DNA of 64,000 nucleotides from Escherichia coli (GTDB lineage Bacteria; Pseudomonadota; Gammaproteobacteria; Enterobacterales; Enterobacteriaceae): NCBI RefSeq assembly GCF_003018115.1, contig NZ_CP027457.1; one strand, 5' to 3'. Shown piece by piece: positions 45,208 to 55,416 of this stretch (position 1 is its first letter; each line of letters starts with the position of its first letter). The notes under the pieces were generated by a model. It saw only the letters and a program-made list of their open reading frames with translations, ran no database searches and was not told where the DNA came from. The position numbers and the translations under genes were made by a program.

Positions 45208-46970
45208 AAAATCTCCACAATATTGCTGGTATTGGCGGATTCGCCCTGCAGCGGTTCGTTAAACAGTGCGTGCATCGTTGCCCATGCCAGATCGGCGTGG
45301 CTGGCTTCTTCGCTGCGGCTGGCTTCATAGGTCGGGCGGTTGCCACTGGCTGTGGTGGCGCGACGGATTGCCATAAATGACTGCGCAATGTCGGTATGTC
45401 CGGCGTCAAACTCCAGACGGCGGTGGCTGATAATGTCGTAGGCCTTGAGTACCAGGGCGTTTTTAACGTTGGGGTTGTAGACAAACTCCCGGACGGCAGG
45501 AAAGAACGCTTTCACGTTCTCGTAAACCCCGTGACCAACGCCGGTTGAGTCGATGCCGATGTAGGTCACGTTGTACTGCTCGGTCAGTTTTTTGATTGCG
45601 TCAGCCTGGGCGCGGAAGTCCATCCCGCGCCACTGGTGACGCTCAAGAATGCGAAACTTGCCGCCCGGCACGGTTGGCGGTGCCACCACCACGCACCCGG
45701 CGCTGTCACCGTTCTGCGTGCCTTTCGCCGGGTCGTATCCGATCCAGACTTCGCGCCAGCCAAACGGGCGCAGGGCCAGTGCATGAAAGTCGGTCCAGAC
45801 TTCCCAACTGTCCACCATGCACGCCTGCAGCTCGCTGAGCGGAAACACGGACGCGAGATCGTCCACAAACTCGCACATCAGTAGGTTCTGGTATTCGTCC
45901 GGGCTGTACTCCATGCGCAACTGATCGAGGTCGAACAGGTTACAGCCGCCGCGCACCGCATCTTCCACAGTGACTATCTGGCGGTACTGTCCGTCAGGGC
46001 AGAGCAGGCCGCGCGCAAGATTGCTGTGGGTCAGGTCAATATCCACCTTGTCCGCTTTGGCGCGGCCCCGGTTAAACAGCGCACCGGACCAGAACGGATA
46101 GGCACTGTGGGTCAGGCTGGACGGCGTGGAAAAGTAGGTTTGTCGCCATTTCTTGTGAATGGCCATCCCGGAGGCAACTTTGCGCAGTTCCTGGAATTTC
46201 GGTATCCAGAAATATTCATCAAGGTACAGGTTGCCGTGGTAGCTCTGCGCCGTACGGGCGTTGGTGCCGAGAAAGTACAATGCTGCGCCATTAGGTAGCA
46301 CCATAGGATCGCCTTTCAGCTCCACCTCAACTTCTTTGGCAAAGTCGATGATGTACTGCTTAAAGACGTGCGCCTGTGCCTTACTGGCAGAAAGGAAAAT
46401 CTGGTTACGTCCGGTAAGCAGGGCGTCAATCAGGGCTTCACGGGCAAAGTAAAAGGTCGCGCCGATCTGGCGTGACTTCAGCAGGTTGCGGATGCGGTTG
46501 GTTTTTCCTGCTTCCCACCAGTGGCGCTGGTAGTTGAACATGGAGGAATAAAAGATTTCTTCCAGCTTCTCAATCTGTTCATCGGTGAAAACGTTCTTTT
46601 CCGGCTGACGGCGCGGGCCTTTGTTGCGGTTGGCGACGTTAGGGTTTAAGTCGGCTTCGTTGCCGCCATTGTTAAACTTGCCGATCCGCGCATGGCGCTC
46701 CGACTGGCGCGCCAGCAGGTCAATCTCTTTGAAATCTTTCCCTTCTTTGTGCTCCTTCATAATGAGCTGGCAGTAGCGTGCGGCGGTGGTGAGCTGCATC
46801 TGATCCAGCGGCCCATAGTCACCCCACTTGTCGCGTTTTTTCCAGCTGTGAACGGTTGCAACTTTCTCGCCCAGCATTTCAGCAATGCGGGCTACGCGGT
46901 ATCCCTGAAAGTACAGCAGCATGGCCTGCCGACGGGGATCGAGATCTGCGGGTGTCAGTGTGGTGTTCAT
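45204..46970 (-). CDS. Terminase large (ATPase) subunit (P2 gpP-like)
   Basis: 588-aa ORF, canonical position divergent from the O-N-M-L capsid operon. Confidence 0.8.
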   Translation of the reverse strand: MNTTLTPADLDPRRQAMLLYFQGYRVARIAEMLGEKVATVHSWKKRDKWGDYGPLDQMQLTTAARYCQLIMKEHKEGKDFKEIDLLARQSERHARIGKFNNGGNEADLNPNVANRNKGPRRQPEKNVFTDEQIEKLEEIFYSSMFNYQRHWWEAGKTNRIRNLLKSRQIGATFYFAREALIDALLTGRNQIFLSASKAQAHVFKQYIIDFAKEVEVELKGDPMVLPNGAALYFLGTNARTAQSYHGNLYLDEYFWIPKFQELRKVASGMAIHKKWRQTYFSTPSSLTHSAYPFWSGALFNRGRAKADKVDIDLTHSNLARGLLCPDGQYRQIVTVEDAVRGGCNLFDLDQLRMEYSPDEYQNLLMCEFVDDLASVFPLSELQACMVDSWEVWTDFHALALRPFGWREVWIGYDPAKGTQNGDSAGCVVVAPPTVPGGKFRILERHQWRGMDFRAQADAIKKLTEQYNVTYIGIDSTGVGHGVYENVKAFFPAVREFVYNPNVKNALVLKAYDIISHRRLEFDAGHTDIAQSFMAIRRATTASGNRPTYEASRSEEASHADLAWATMHALFNEPLQGESANTSNIVEIF

Positions 46971-47112
46971 GGCACAAACCTACAGCCTTGAATGAAGGCT
47001 TTCCCCGCCTGCGGTTTGTGTGGTTGTCGGTACAAATACCGCGCATTGTTTCACTGCCCCCATCACCGCAACCATAAGGCTCCAGTAAGTTTTTTCTAAC
47101 GGAGCACGGCTC

Positions 47113-47946
47113 ATGACAGTGAAAGCAAAGCGTTTTCGCATCGGGGTGGAAGGTGCCACTACCGACGGACGCGAAATCCAGCGTGAATGGCTGGAACAGA
47201 TGGCAGCCAGCTACAACCCGGCGGTGTATACCGCGCTGATTAACCTTGAGCATATCAAGTCTTATCTGCCGGACAGCACCTTTAACCGCTACGGCAAGGT
47301 GACGGCGCTGTTTGCTGAAGAAATCACGGAAGGTCCGCTGGCTGGCAAGATGGCGCTGTATGCCGACGTTGAGCCAACGGAATCCCTGGTGGAACTGGTG
47401 AAAAAAGGCCAGAAATTATTCACCTCTATGGAAGTCAGCCCGAAGTTCGCTGATACGGGCAAAGCCTACCTGGTTGGCCTGGCTGCCACTGATGATCCCG
47501 CCAGTCTGGGTACGGAAATGCTGACATTCAGCGCCAGTGCAGCCCATAACCCGCTGGCAAACCGCAAGCAGAATCCCGCCAATCTCTTTACCGCTGCAGA
47601 GGAAACGGTGATCGAACTGGAAGAAATCCAGGATGACAAACCGTCCCTGTTTGCCCGCGTCACGGCGCTGTTCACCAAAAAAGAGCAGTCAGACGATGCC
47701 CGGTTCTCTGATGTGCATAAAGCCGTGGAGCTGGTCGCCACTGAGCAGCAGAACCTGAGCGCACGCACCGAAAAATCCCTGTCTGAGCAGGAAGAACGCC
47801 TGTCTGAGCTGGAGACTGCTCTGCAGGAGCAGCAAACCGCCTTTAACGAACTGGTGAATAAGCTGAGCCATGAAGACAGCCGCCAGGACTACCGCAAGCG
47901 TGCAACAGGCGGTAACGCCCCCGCTGACACTCTGACCAATTGCTGA
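47113..47946 (+). CDS. Capsid scaffolding protein (P2 gpO-like)
   Basis: MTVKAKRFRIGVEGATTDGREI...YLVGLAATDDPASLGTE...KRATGG matches remembered gpO. Confidence 0.85.
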   Translation: MTVKAKRFRIGVEGATTDGREIQREWLEQMAASYNPAVYTALINLEHIKSYLPDSTFNRYGKVTALFAEEITEGPLAGKMALYADVEPTESLVELVKKGQKLFTSMEVSPKFADTGKAYLVGLAATDDPASLGTEMLTFSASAAHNPLANRKQNPANLFTAAEETVIELEEIQDDKPSLFARVTALFTKKEQSDDARFSDVHKAVELVATEQQNLSARTEKSLSEQEERLSELETALQEQQTAFNELVNKLSHEDSRQDYRKRATGGNAPADTLTNC

Positions 47947-47962
47947 TGGAGCACAAAACCTG

Positions 47963-49021
47963 ATGAAGAAGAATACCCGCTTTGCTTTTAACGCTTACCT
48001 GCAGCAGCTGGCGCGTCTGAACGGTGTGGCAGTTGAAGAACTGTCCAGCCAGTTCACCGTGGAGCCGTCTGTACAGCAGACGCTGGAAGACCAGATCCAG
48101 CAGTCCGCCGCTTTCCTGACGCTGATTAACGTCACGCCAGTGACTGAGCAGTCTGGTCAGTTGCTGGGTCTGGGTGTTGGCAGCACCATTGCCGGAACCA
48201 CTGACACCACCGCGAAAGAGCGTGAGCCTGTCGATCCGACGCTGATGGTTGATGTGGAATATAAATGCGAGCAGACCAACTTTGACACGGTGCTGACCTA
48301 CGCGAAGCTGGACCTGTGGGCGAAGTTTCAGGATTTCCAGGTGCGCATCCGTGACGCCATCGTGAAACGTCAGGCACTGGACCGCATCATGATCGGCTTT
48401 AACGGCGTGAAGCGTGCGAAAACCTCCAACCGTAGTGAAAACCCGCTGCTGCAGGATGTAAACAAAGGCTGGCTGCAGAAAATCCGTGAGGATGCACCGG
48501 ATCACGTCATGGGCAGCACCACCACGGGCGGTGAAACCACTCCGGGCGTGGTGAAAGTCGGGAAAGGTGGCGAATATGCCAACCTGGACGCCGTAGTGAT
48601 GGATGCCGTCAATGAGCTTATCGATGTGGTCTACCAGGACGATGACGATCTGGTGGTGATTTGCGGTCGTGAACTGCTGTCTGACAAGTATTTCCCGCTG
48701 GTCAACAAAGAGCAGGAAAACAGTGAAAAACTGGCTGCCGATATGATCATCAGTCAGAAACGCATGGGTGGCCTGCAGGCCGTGCGTGCGCCGTTCTTCC
48801 CGCCGAATGCGCTGCTGATCACCCGTCTGGATAACCTGTCCATCTACTGGCAGGAAGACACCCGCCGCCGTTCAGTTATCGACAACCCGAAACGTGACCG
48901 GATTGAAAATTTTGAATCCGTTAACGAAGCCTATGTGGTTGAGGACTACCGCTGCGCCGCACTGGTGGAAAACATCCAGATTGGCGATTTCAGCGCCGCT
49001 GCAGCAGAAGCCGGAGCGTAA
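47963..49021 (+). CDS. Major capsid protein (P2 gpN-like)
   Basis: MKKNTRFAFNAYLQ...FTVEPSVQQTL...GFNGVKRA...VGDFS matches remembered gpN. Confidence 0.85.
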   Translation: MKKNTRFAFNAYLQQLARLNGVAVEELSSQFTVEPSVQQTLEDQIQQSAAFLTLINVTPVTEQSGQLLGLGVGSTIAGTTDTTAKEREPVDPTLMVDVEYKCEQTNFDTVLTYAKLDLWAKFQDFQVRIRDAIVKRQALDRIMIGFNGVKRAKTSNRSENPLLQDVNKGWLQKIREDAPDHVMGSTTTGGETTPGVVKVGKGGEYANLDAVVMDAVNELIDVVYQDDDDLVVICGRELLSDKYFPLVNKEQENSEKLAADMIISQKRMGGLQAVRAPFFPPNALLITRLDNLSIYWQEDTRRRSVIDNPKRDRIENFESVNEAYVVEDYRCAALVENIQIGDFSAAAAEAGA

Positions 49022-49024
49022 CCC

Positions 49025-49675
49025 ATGAGCCTGAGTCCCGCACGGCAGCATCGCCTGCGCGTTCAGGCTGAACAGGCCGCCCGCGAGGGCGGCAGCGTTC
49101 GCCACGCGTCGGGCTATGACCTGATGCTGCTGCAACTGGCGGAAGACCGCCGCCGTCTCAAGGGCGTTCAGTCCACGGTGAAAAAAGCGGAAATCAAGGT
49201 GGAGCTGCTGCCGAAATATGCCGCCTGGGCGGAGGGCGTCCTGGCTGCCGGAGGCGCTCAACAGGATGACGTGCTGATGTACGTGATGCTGTGGCGCATT
49301 GATGCCGGAGATTATGCCGGGGCGCTGGAGATCGGGCGTCATGCCCTGCGTCATGGCTGGGTGATGCCGCTGGGTAACCGCAACGTGCAGACCGTGCTGG
49401 CAGAGGAAATGGCAGACGCGGCGCAGAGCGCAATGCTTGCCGCCACCGGCTTTGATGCCGATCTGTTGCTGCAGACGCTGGAGCTGACAGACGGTCTGGA
49501 TATGCCGGACCAGTCACGGGCGCGTCTGCATAAAGCGATTGGCGCTGTCCTGAGTGAAAGCAACCCGGCTTCCGCCCTTAATCATCTCAACCATGCGTTA
49601 CAGCTCGATCCCCGCTGTGGCGTGAAAAAAGACAAACAGCAGCTGGAGCGCAGACTGCGCAATGACAGCCGCTGA
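49025..49675 (+). CDS. Terminase endonuclease/small subunit (P2 gpM-like)
   Basis: 216-aa ORF immediately after N. Confidence 0.75.
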   Translation: MSLSPARQHRLRVQAEQAAREGGSVRHASGYDLMLLQLAEDRRRLKGVQSTVKKAEIKVELLPKYAAWAEGVLAAGGAQQDDVLMYVMLWRIDAGDYAGALEIGRHALRHGWVMPLGNRNVQTVLAEEMADAAQSAMLAATGFDADLLLQTLELTDGLDMPDQSRARLHKAIGAVLSESNPASALNHLNHALQLDPRCGVKKDKQQLERRLRNDSR

Positions 49676-49770
49676 CAGAACGTGCCCCCGCGCACGGGCG
49701 GCACGGGGTGGCGAAAGGCACTGCCACATCAAAACCCCGTCCACCGCCCTCTATTTCAGGAGAAAGCAGC

Positions 49771-50235
49771 ATGAAGTTTGTTGCGCTAGAACAGGCACCG
49801 GAACAGGCGGAAATCATCAGGAATACGCCGTTCTGGCCTGATGTGGACCTGTCGGAGTTTCGCAGCGTGATGCGCACTGACGGCACGGTGACGCAGCCGC
49901 GTTTAAAGCAGGTTGCGCTGTCGGCAATTTCGGAGGTCAACGCAGAGCTGTATGAGTTTCGCAGACGCCAGCAGATGCTGGGGTATGCCTCGCTGGCAGA
50001 GGTTCCGGCGGAACAGCTGGACGGCAAAAGTGAGCGCATTCAGCACTATTTCAACGCGGTTTACTGCTGGGCACGCGCCATGCTCAACGAACGTTACCAG
50101 GACTATGACGCCACGGCGTCCGGTGTGAAGCGGGGCGAGGAACTGGCGGAAGCAAGCGGTGATTTGTGGCGTGACGCCCGCTGGGCCATCAGCCGGGTGC
50201 AGGATGCGCCGCACTGCACAGTGGAGCTTATCTGA
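49771..50235 (+). CDS. Head completion protein (P2 gpL-like)
   Basis: Start MKFVALEQAPEQ with RBS aggagaaag; position after M. Confidence 0.7.
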   Translation: MKFVALEQAPEQAEIIRNTPFWPDVDLSEFRSVMRTDGTVTQPRLKQVALSAISEVNAELYEFRRRQQMLGYASLAEVPAEQLDGKSERIQHYFNAVYCWARAMLNERYQDYDATASGVKRGEELAEASGDLWRDARWAISRVQDAPHCTVELI

Positions 50236-50438
50236 TGAAAGTGCGTGCGCATCAGTATGACACGGTGGACGCGCTTTGCTGGCGTCATTACGGGCGCACG
50301 CAGGGTGTCACGGAGCAGGTACTGAAGGCAAATCCGGGGCTTGCCGAATACGGCCCCTTTTTACCTCACGGGCTGCAGGTGGAGCTGCCGGACATTCCGA
50401 CCACCACCACCGTGCAGACCGTCCAGCTATGGGACTGA
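50235..50438 (+). CDS. Tail protein X (P2 gpX-like)
   Basis: 67-aa ORF MKVRAHQYDTVDALCWRHYGRTQG..., conserved position before the lysis genes. Confidence 0.7.
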   Translation: MKVRAHQYDTVDALCWRHYGRTQGVTEQVLKANPGLAEYGPFLPHGLQVELPDIPTTTTVQTVQLWD

Positions 50439-50441
50439 ATT

Positions 50442-50657
50442 ATGACGCTTGAGCGAATCAGCGCCTTTATCACGTATTGCATCGCCGTCGTGCTGGCCTG
50501 GCTGGGCGATTTGTCCATCAAGGATGCCTCAACGCTGGGCGGCCTGATGATTGGTGTGCTGATGCTGGCTATCAACTGGTACTACAAACACAAAGCCTAC
50601 CAGCTTCTGCGCGACGGGCAGATCTCGCGGGAGGATTATGAATCCATCAATCGTTAA
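50442..50657 (+). CDS. Holin/pinholin
   Basis: 71-aa protein with two hydrophobic helices and charged C-terminus, directly upstream of the endolysin. Confidence 0.7.
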   Translation: MTLERISAFITYCIAVVLAWLGDLSIKDASTLGGLMIGVLMLAINWYYKHKAYQLLRDGQISREDYESINR

Positions 50658-51150
50658 ACGCTGCCTTGTCGGGGCCGTGCTGGCTATTGCTGCCACGCTG
50701 CCGGGTTTTCAGCAGCTTCACACCTCCGTGGAGGGGCTGAAACTGATTGCCGATTACGAAGGCTGTCGTCTGCAGCCGTATCAGTGCAGCGCGGGTGTCT
50801 GGACAGACGGCATTGGTAATACATCTGGCGTCATTCCGGGCAAAACCATTACGGAACGACAGGCAGCGGAAGGGCTGATCTCCAACGTGCTACGTGTGGA
50901 GCGGGCACTGGAAAAGTGTGTGAAGCAACAGCCGCCGCAGAAGGTGTATGACGCGGCGGTGTCGTTTGCCTTCAACGTGGGAACGGGCAATGCCTGCAGT
51001 TCCACGCTGGTGAAATTGCTCAACCAGCGGCGCTGGGCGGATGCGTGCCGACAGTTGCCGCGCTGGGTTTATGTAAAAGGTGTGTTTAATCAGGGGCTGG
51101 ATAACCGCCGAGCGCGGGAGATGGCCTGGTGTTTACAGGGAGCAAACTGA
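50638..51150 (+). CDS. SAR-endolysin (GH24 lysozyme with N-terminal signal-anchor-release helix)
   Basis: Hydrophobic N-terminus CLVGAVLAIAATLPG then EGLKLIADYEGCRLQPYQCSAGVWTDGIGNT, matching the Glu/Asp/Thr region of T4-type lysozymes and remembered P1 Lyz. Confidence 0.8.
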   Translation: MNPSIVKRCLVGAVLAIAATLPGFQQLHTSVEGLKLIADYEGCRLQPYQCSAGVWTDGIGNTSGVIPGKTITERQAAEGLISNVLRVERALEKCVKQQPPQKVYDAAVSFAFNVGTGNACSSTLVKLLNQRRWADACRQLPRWVYVKGVFNQGLDNRRAREMAWCLQGAN

Positions 51151-51151
51151 A

Positions 51152-51529
51152 ATGAAAAAGAAAGTAATTAGCGGGCTGTTTCTGATGTTATGGATGGCGC
51201 TGTTAATCGCAGCAATGGCGTATCCGCAGGGGATTTTTCCGGTACTGGCAGCGTCCGGCGTTTGGGTAGCCTGTTTGCTGACATGGGCGGTAATTCCGGT
51301 AGCACTGGCTGCGTTAATTCAGAATGGCCCGCTCTGGCAGGAGTTAAGGGCATCTTTGCTGAAGACAATTACCCGAAAAGAAAACGTATTTATCAGTTGG
51401 GTGATGCGATTGCTGATTGTTGTAAGTCTCGCATGGACGGGGTGGGCTATTACCCTGGTCTTTTATCTACTGACCGTTATTGCCTTCTGGATCACCCGTA
51501 ATCAGATGGCGCAACAGGTAGCCGCATGA
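51152..51529 (+). CDS. LysA-like membrane protein (lysis timing)
   Basis: Start MKKKVISGLFLMLWMALLIAAMAYP; several TM helices; position after the endolysin. Confidence 0.6.
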   Translation: MKKKVISGLFLMLWMALLIAAMAYPQGIFPVLAASGVWVACLLTWAVIPVALAALIQNGPLWQELRASLLKTITRKENVFISWVMRLLIVVSLAWTGWAITLVFYLLTVIAFWITRNQMAQQVAA

Positions 51530-51954
51530 ACCGGTTGCTGCTGGTTGTGCTGGCGTTATTACTGGCGGCGCTGGGCTGGCAGACGTGGCGGCTGGCTGAT
51601 GCCAGCCAGACCATCAGCACGCAGGCAAACGAGCTGCAGAGCAAAAGCCAGGCACTGGCAAAGAGCAACAGCCAGCTTATCAGCCTGTCCATTCTGACTG
51701 AAACCAATAACCGGGAGCAGGCGCGGCTCTATGCCGAAGCAGAACAGACCAGCGCACAGCTGAGACAACGACAACGCCGGATCGAGGAACTGAAACGTGA
51801 GAACGAGGATTTACGCCACTGGGCTGATACTCCTTTGCCTGCTGACATTATCCGGCTGCGGGAACGTCCGGCACTCACCGGAGGTGCAGCTTACCGTCAG
51901 TGGTTGTCCGCGAGTGACGCCGTGTCGGCTGGAGCAGGCAGCACCGCGCACTAA
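51526..51954 (+). CDS. i-spanin (Rz/LysB-like)
   Basis: N-terminal TM helix then coiled-coil-like periplasmic domain. Confidence 0.7.
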   Translation: MNRLLLVVLALLLAALGWQTWRLADASQTISTQANELQSKSQALAKSNSQLISLSILTETNNREQARLYAEAEQTSAQLRQRQRRIEELKRENEDLRHWADTPLPADIIRLRERPALTGGAAYRQWLSASDAVSAGAGSTAH

Positions 51955-52087
51955 CGGTGATCTGAATGCGTTGCTGGATGAAACGGAGGCCGCCTGGGCG
52001 GTCTGTGCAGACAAAGTGGACATGATTATTGCGTGTCAGGAGCGAAACAGTGAACAAACCACAATCCCTGCGCCACGCCCTCAATAA
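51797..52087 (+). CDS. o-spanin (Rz1/LysC-like lipoprotein), overlapping the i-spanin gene in another frame
   Basis: Lipobox LLTLSGC; Pro-rich; starts inside lysB and extends past it. Confidence 0.65.
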   Translation: MRTRIYATGLILLCLLTLSGCGNVRHSPEVQLTVSGCPRVTPCRLEQAAPRTNGDLNALLDETEAAWAVCADKVDMIIACQERNSEQTTIPAPRPQ

Positions 52088-52481
52088 AGCGGTGCCTTAT
52101 GTCCGCAATAACCCGGACAAACTGCATCTGTTTGTGGATAACGGTTCGCTGGTTGCCACGGGGGCCAGCTCCATGTCGTGGGAGTACCGTTACACACTGA
52201 ACGCGGTGATTGAGGATTTCAGCGGCGACCAGAATCTGCTGATGGCCCCGGTTTTGCTGTGGCTGAGGGATAACCAGCCCGATGCCATCAATAACCCGGC
52301 GTTACGGGAAAAGCTATTCACCTTTGAGGTGGATATTCTGCGCAACGATGTCTGTGATATCAGCCTGAACCTGCAACTGACGGAACGTGTGCTGGTCAGC
52401 ACTGACGGCAGTGTGTCGAGCGTTGAAGCTATAGCGGAACCTGATGCACCTGAAGAAATGTGGACGGTGAAACGTGGCTGA
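52050..52481 (+). CDS. Tail completion protein (P2 gpR-like)
   Basis: ORF 52029..52481; likely GTG start at 52050 after RBS agga; NKPQSLRHALNKAVPYVRNNPDKLHLFVDNGS resembles gpR. Confidence 0.75.
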   Translation: MNKPQSLRHALNKAVPYVRNNPDKLHLFVDNGSLVATGASSMSWEYRYTLNAVIEDFSGDQNLLMAPVLLWLRDNQPDAINNPALREKLFTFEVDILRNDVCDISLNLQLTERVLVSTDGSVSSVEAIAEPDAPEEMWTVKRG

Positions 52482-52920
52482 ACTGCAGAAGGTGGACGAC
52501 TGGCTGAGTGCCTTGCTGGCGAATCTGGAACCAGCCTCGAGAAGCCGCATGATGCGCCAGCTGGCGCAGGAACTTCGCCGGACACAGCAGCAGAATATCA
52601 GGATGCAGCGCAACCCTGACGGCAGCGGCTATGAACCGCGACGGGTAACAGCACGCAGTAAAAAAGGCCGTATCAAACGTCAGATGTTTGCAAAGCTGCG
52701 CACCACAAAATACCTGAAAACTGCCGCCAGCACCGACTCTGCCAGCGTGCAGTTTGAAGGCAAGGTGCAGCGCATTGCCCGCGTTCACCATTACGGCCTG
52801 CGAGATCGCGTCAGTCGTAAGGGACCGGAGGTGCGTTACGCAGAGCGTCGCCTTCTGGGTGTAAATGATGATGTTGAGGCAATGACCCGCGACATGATTC
52901 TGCAATGGCTGGCGGGGTGA
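52474..52920 (+). CDS. Tail completion protein (P2 gpS-like)
   Basis: 148-aa ORF overlapping R stop. Confidence 0.75.
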   Translation: MAELQKVDDWLSALLANLEPASRSRMMRQLAQELRRTQQQNIRMQRNPDGSGYEPRRVTARSKKGRIKRQMFAKLRTTKYLKTAASTDSASVQFEGKVQRIARVHHYGLRDRVSRKGPEVRYAERRLLGVNDDVEAMTRDMILQWLAG

Positions 52921-52988
52921 TCTTTGTATCAGCACTGATACAAGTTGCAGCACTGCCGCCTTTCTTCCCCTGATGGCAACCTTTCCCT

Positions 52989-53567
52989 ATGAACGCACAA
53001 TTAACCGAAATCATGCGCCTTATCACCAACCTGATCCGCACAGGGGTAGTCATCGAAGTGGACAGGGAAAACTGGCTTTGCCGGGTGAAAACGGGCGACC
53101 TTGAAACCAACTGGATTAACTGGCTGACGCTGCGCGCGGGTAATGCCCGGACATGGTGGCGACCATCGGAAGGTGAGCAGGTGGTGCTACTGAGTCTGGG
53201 CGGCAATCTGGAAACAGCCTTTGCGCTGCCCGCCATCTATTCGAATCAGTTCGCGCCACCGTCGACGTCGGCAGACGCCTGCGTGACAGAACATCCTGAC
53301 GGTGGCTGGTTTGAATACGAACCTGCCACCGGGCGTTGGTATGTAAGGGGCATCAAATCAATGGTCATTGAGGCCGCTGACAACATCACCATGAAAACCA
53401 GTGAGTTTGTACTGGAGGCTGACCACACGCGCATTAACAGCGAAGTGGTGATCAATGGTGGCGTTACCCAGGGCGGCGGAGTGATGAGTTCTAACGGGAT
53501 TGTGGTTGATGCACATCAGCATACTGGCGTCCTGAAAGGCGGCGACACAACCGGAGGCCCGGTATGA
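52989..53567 (+). CDS. Baseplate spike/assembly protein (P2 gpV-like)
   Basis: 192-aa ORF in the V-W-J-I block. Confidence 0.7.
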   Translation: MNAQLTEIMRLITNLIRTGVVIEVDRENWLCRVKTGDLETNWINWLTLRAGNARTWWRPSEGEQVVLLSLGGNLETAFALPAIYSNQFAPPSTSADACVTEHPDGGWFEYEPATGRWYVRGIKSMVIEAADNITMKTSEFVLEADHTRINSEVVINGGVTQGGGVMSSNGIVVDAHQHTGVLKGGDTTGGPV

Positions 53568-53923
53568 CGCTTTATAGCGGGATGAACAATACCAGCGGTA
53601 AAGCCATTACTGATATTGACCATCTGCGCCAGTCGGTGCGGGACATTTTGCTGACGCCGCAGGGTAGCCGCATTGCCCGTCGGGAATATGGTTCCCTGCT
53701 GTCGGCACTGATAGACCAGCCACAAAATCCGGCATTACGCCTGCAGGTCATGTCGGCAGTGTATGTGGCGCTGAGTCGCTGGGAGCCACGGCTGACGCTG
53801 GATTCCATCACCATCAACAGCAACTTTGACGGTTCTATGGTGGTGGAGCTGACCGGGCGGCGGAATAACGGTGTGCCTGTGTCCCTTTCCGTATCAACAG
53901 GAGCAGAGAATGGCAGTGATTGA
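53564..53923 (+). CDS. Baseplate protein (P2 gpW-like)
   Basis: 119-aa ORF overlapping V stop. Confidence 0.7.
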   Translation: MTLYSGMNNTSGKAITDIDHLRQSVRDILLTPQGSRIARREYGSLLSALIDQPQNPALRLQVMSAVYVALSRWEPRLTLDSITINSNFDGSMVVELTGRRNNGVPVSLSVSTGAENGSD

Positions 53924-54818
53924 CCTTTCGCAGTTGCCTGCACCGCAGATTGTGGATGTGCCGGACTTTGAGACGCTGCTTGCCGAACGCAAGGCAGAAT
54001 TTGTGGCGCTTCATCCGAAAGATGAGCAGGAAGCCGTGATCCGAACGTTGGAACTGGAATCTGAACCCGTCACTAAATTGTTGCAGGAGAACGCTTACCG
54101 TGAGTTGCTTCTGCGCCAGCGCATTAACGAAGCCGCGCAGGCGGTGATGGTGGCTTACGCGATGGGCGGCGATCTTGACCAGCTCGCTGCCAACTACAAC
54201 GTGACACGCCTGACGGTGACGCCTGCTGATAATGATGCTGTGCCGCCCGTTGCAGCTGTGATGGAAAGCGATGAAGCGTTACGCCTGCGTGTGCCTGCAG
54301 CCTTTGAAGGGCTTTCTGTTGCGGGGCCAACTGCAGCTTATGAATTTCATGCCCGAAGCGCCGACGGTAGGGTGGCGGATGCCAGTGCAACCAGCCCGGC
54401 ACCTGCAGAGGTGGTGCTGACTGTCCTTAGCCGCGAAGGCGATGGAACTGCAGAAAAAGACCTGCTGGACGTGGTGGAAAAAGCTCTGAACAGTGAGAAC
54501 GTCCGCCCGGTGGCTGACCGTCTGACGGTTCGCAGCGCAGAAATCATCCCGTATCGCGTGGAAGCTACCATTTTTCTCTATCCGGGACCGGAAGCAGAGC
54601 CGGTAATGGCAGCGGCAAAAGCCAGCCTGCAGAAGTACATCGCCAGTCAGACGCGTCTTGGTCGGGATATTCGCCGTAGCGCCATCTTTGCCGCCCTGCA
54701 TGTTGAGGGTGTGCAGCGTGTGGAGCTGGCTTCTCCTCTGGCGGATGTGGTCCTGAACAAAACACAGGCGGCATCATGTACGCAGTGGAGCGTAACCAAC
54801 GGAGGAACGGATGAATAG
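53910..54818 (+). CDS. Baseplate wedge protein (P2 gpJ-like)
   Basis: Start MAVIDLSQLPAPQIVDVPDFETLL; overlaps W and I. Confidence 0.75.
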   Translation: MAVIDLSQLPAPQIVDVPDFETLLAERKAEFVALHPKDEQEAVIRTLELESEPVTKLLQENAYRELLLRQRINEAAQAVMVAYAMGGDLDQLAANYNVTRLTVTPADNDAVPPVAAVMESDEALRLRVPAAFEGLSVAGPTAAYEFHARSADGRVADASATSPAPAEVVLTVLSREGDGTAEKDLLDVVEKALNSENVRPVADRLTVRSAEIIPYRVEATIFLYPGPEAEPVMAAAKASLQKYIASQTRLGRDIRRSAIFAALHVEGVQRVELASPLADVVLNKTQAASCTQWSVTNGGTDE

Positions 54819-55416
54819 TCTGCTGCCACCGGGTTCAACTTCACTGGAGCGCCGACTGGCGCAAACCTGTAGCGGGATTTCTGATCTGCAGGTGCCGCTG
54901 CGTGACTTGTGGAATCCGGCTACCTGTCCGGTCAGCTTCCTGCCTTATCTCGCCTGGGCGTTCTCTGTGGATCGCTGGGACGAGGGCTGGACAGAAAGCG
55001 TCAAACGCCAGGTAGTGAAGGATGCTTTTTATATTCATCAGCATAAAGGAACCACCAGTGCCGTGCGGCGGGTGGTGGAACCGTTCGGATTCCTGATCCG
55101 CATTATTGAGTGGTGGCAGACCGGAGAGGCTCCGGGCACGTTTCGCCTGGATATCGGCGTGCAGGACCAGGGCATCACTGAAGATACCTATCTGGAACTT
55201 GAGCGACTGATAAGCGATGCCAAACCATGTAGCCGCCACATGATCGGCATGTCCATCAATCTGCAGACCAGCGGCCCGCATTGGGTGGGAGCCGCCAGCT
55301 ATCTTGGCGAAGAAATCACGATCTATCCGTATATCAACGAAACAATTATTTCCGGTGGCACCGCGCATGAAGGCGGGGCGGTCCATGTTATTGACACAAT
55401 GAGAGTGAATCCATGA
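54811..55416 (+). CDS. Baseplate/tail-fibre attachment protein (P2 gpI-like)
   Basis: 201-aa ORF MNSLLPPGSTSLERRLAQ... Confidence 0.7.
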   Translation: MNSLLPPGSTSLERRLAQTCSGISDLQVPLRDLWNPATCPVSFLPYLAWAFSVDRWDEGWTESVKRQVVKDAFYIHQHKGTTSAVRRVVEPFGFLIRIIEWWQTGEAPGTFRLDIGVQDQGITEDTYLELERLISDAKPCSRHMIGMSINLQTSGPHWVGAASYLGEEITIYPYINETIISGGTAHEGGAVHVIDTMRVNP

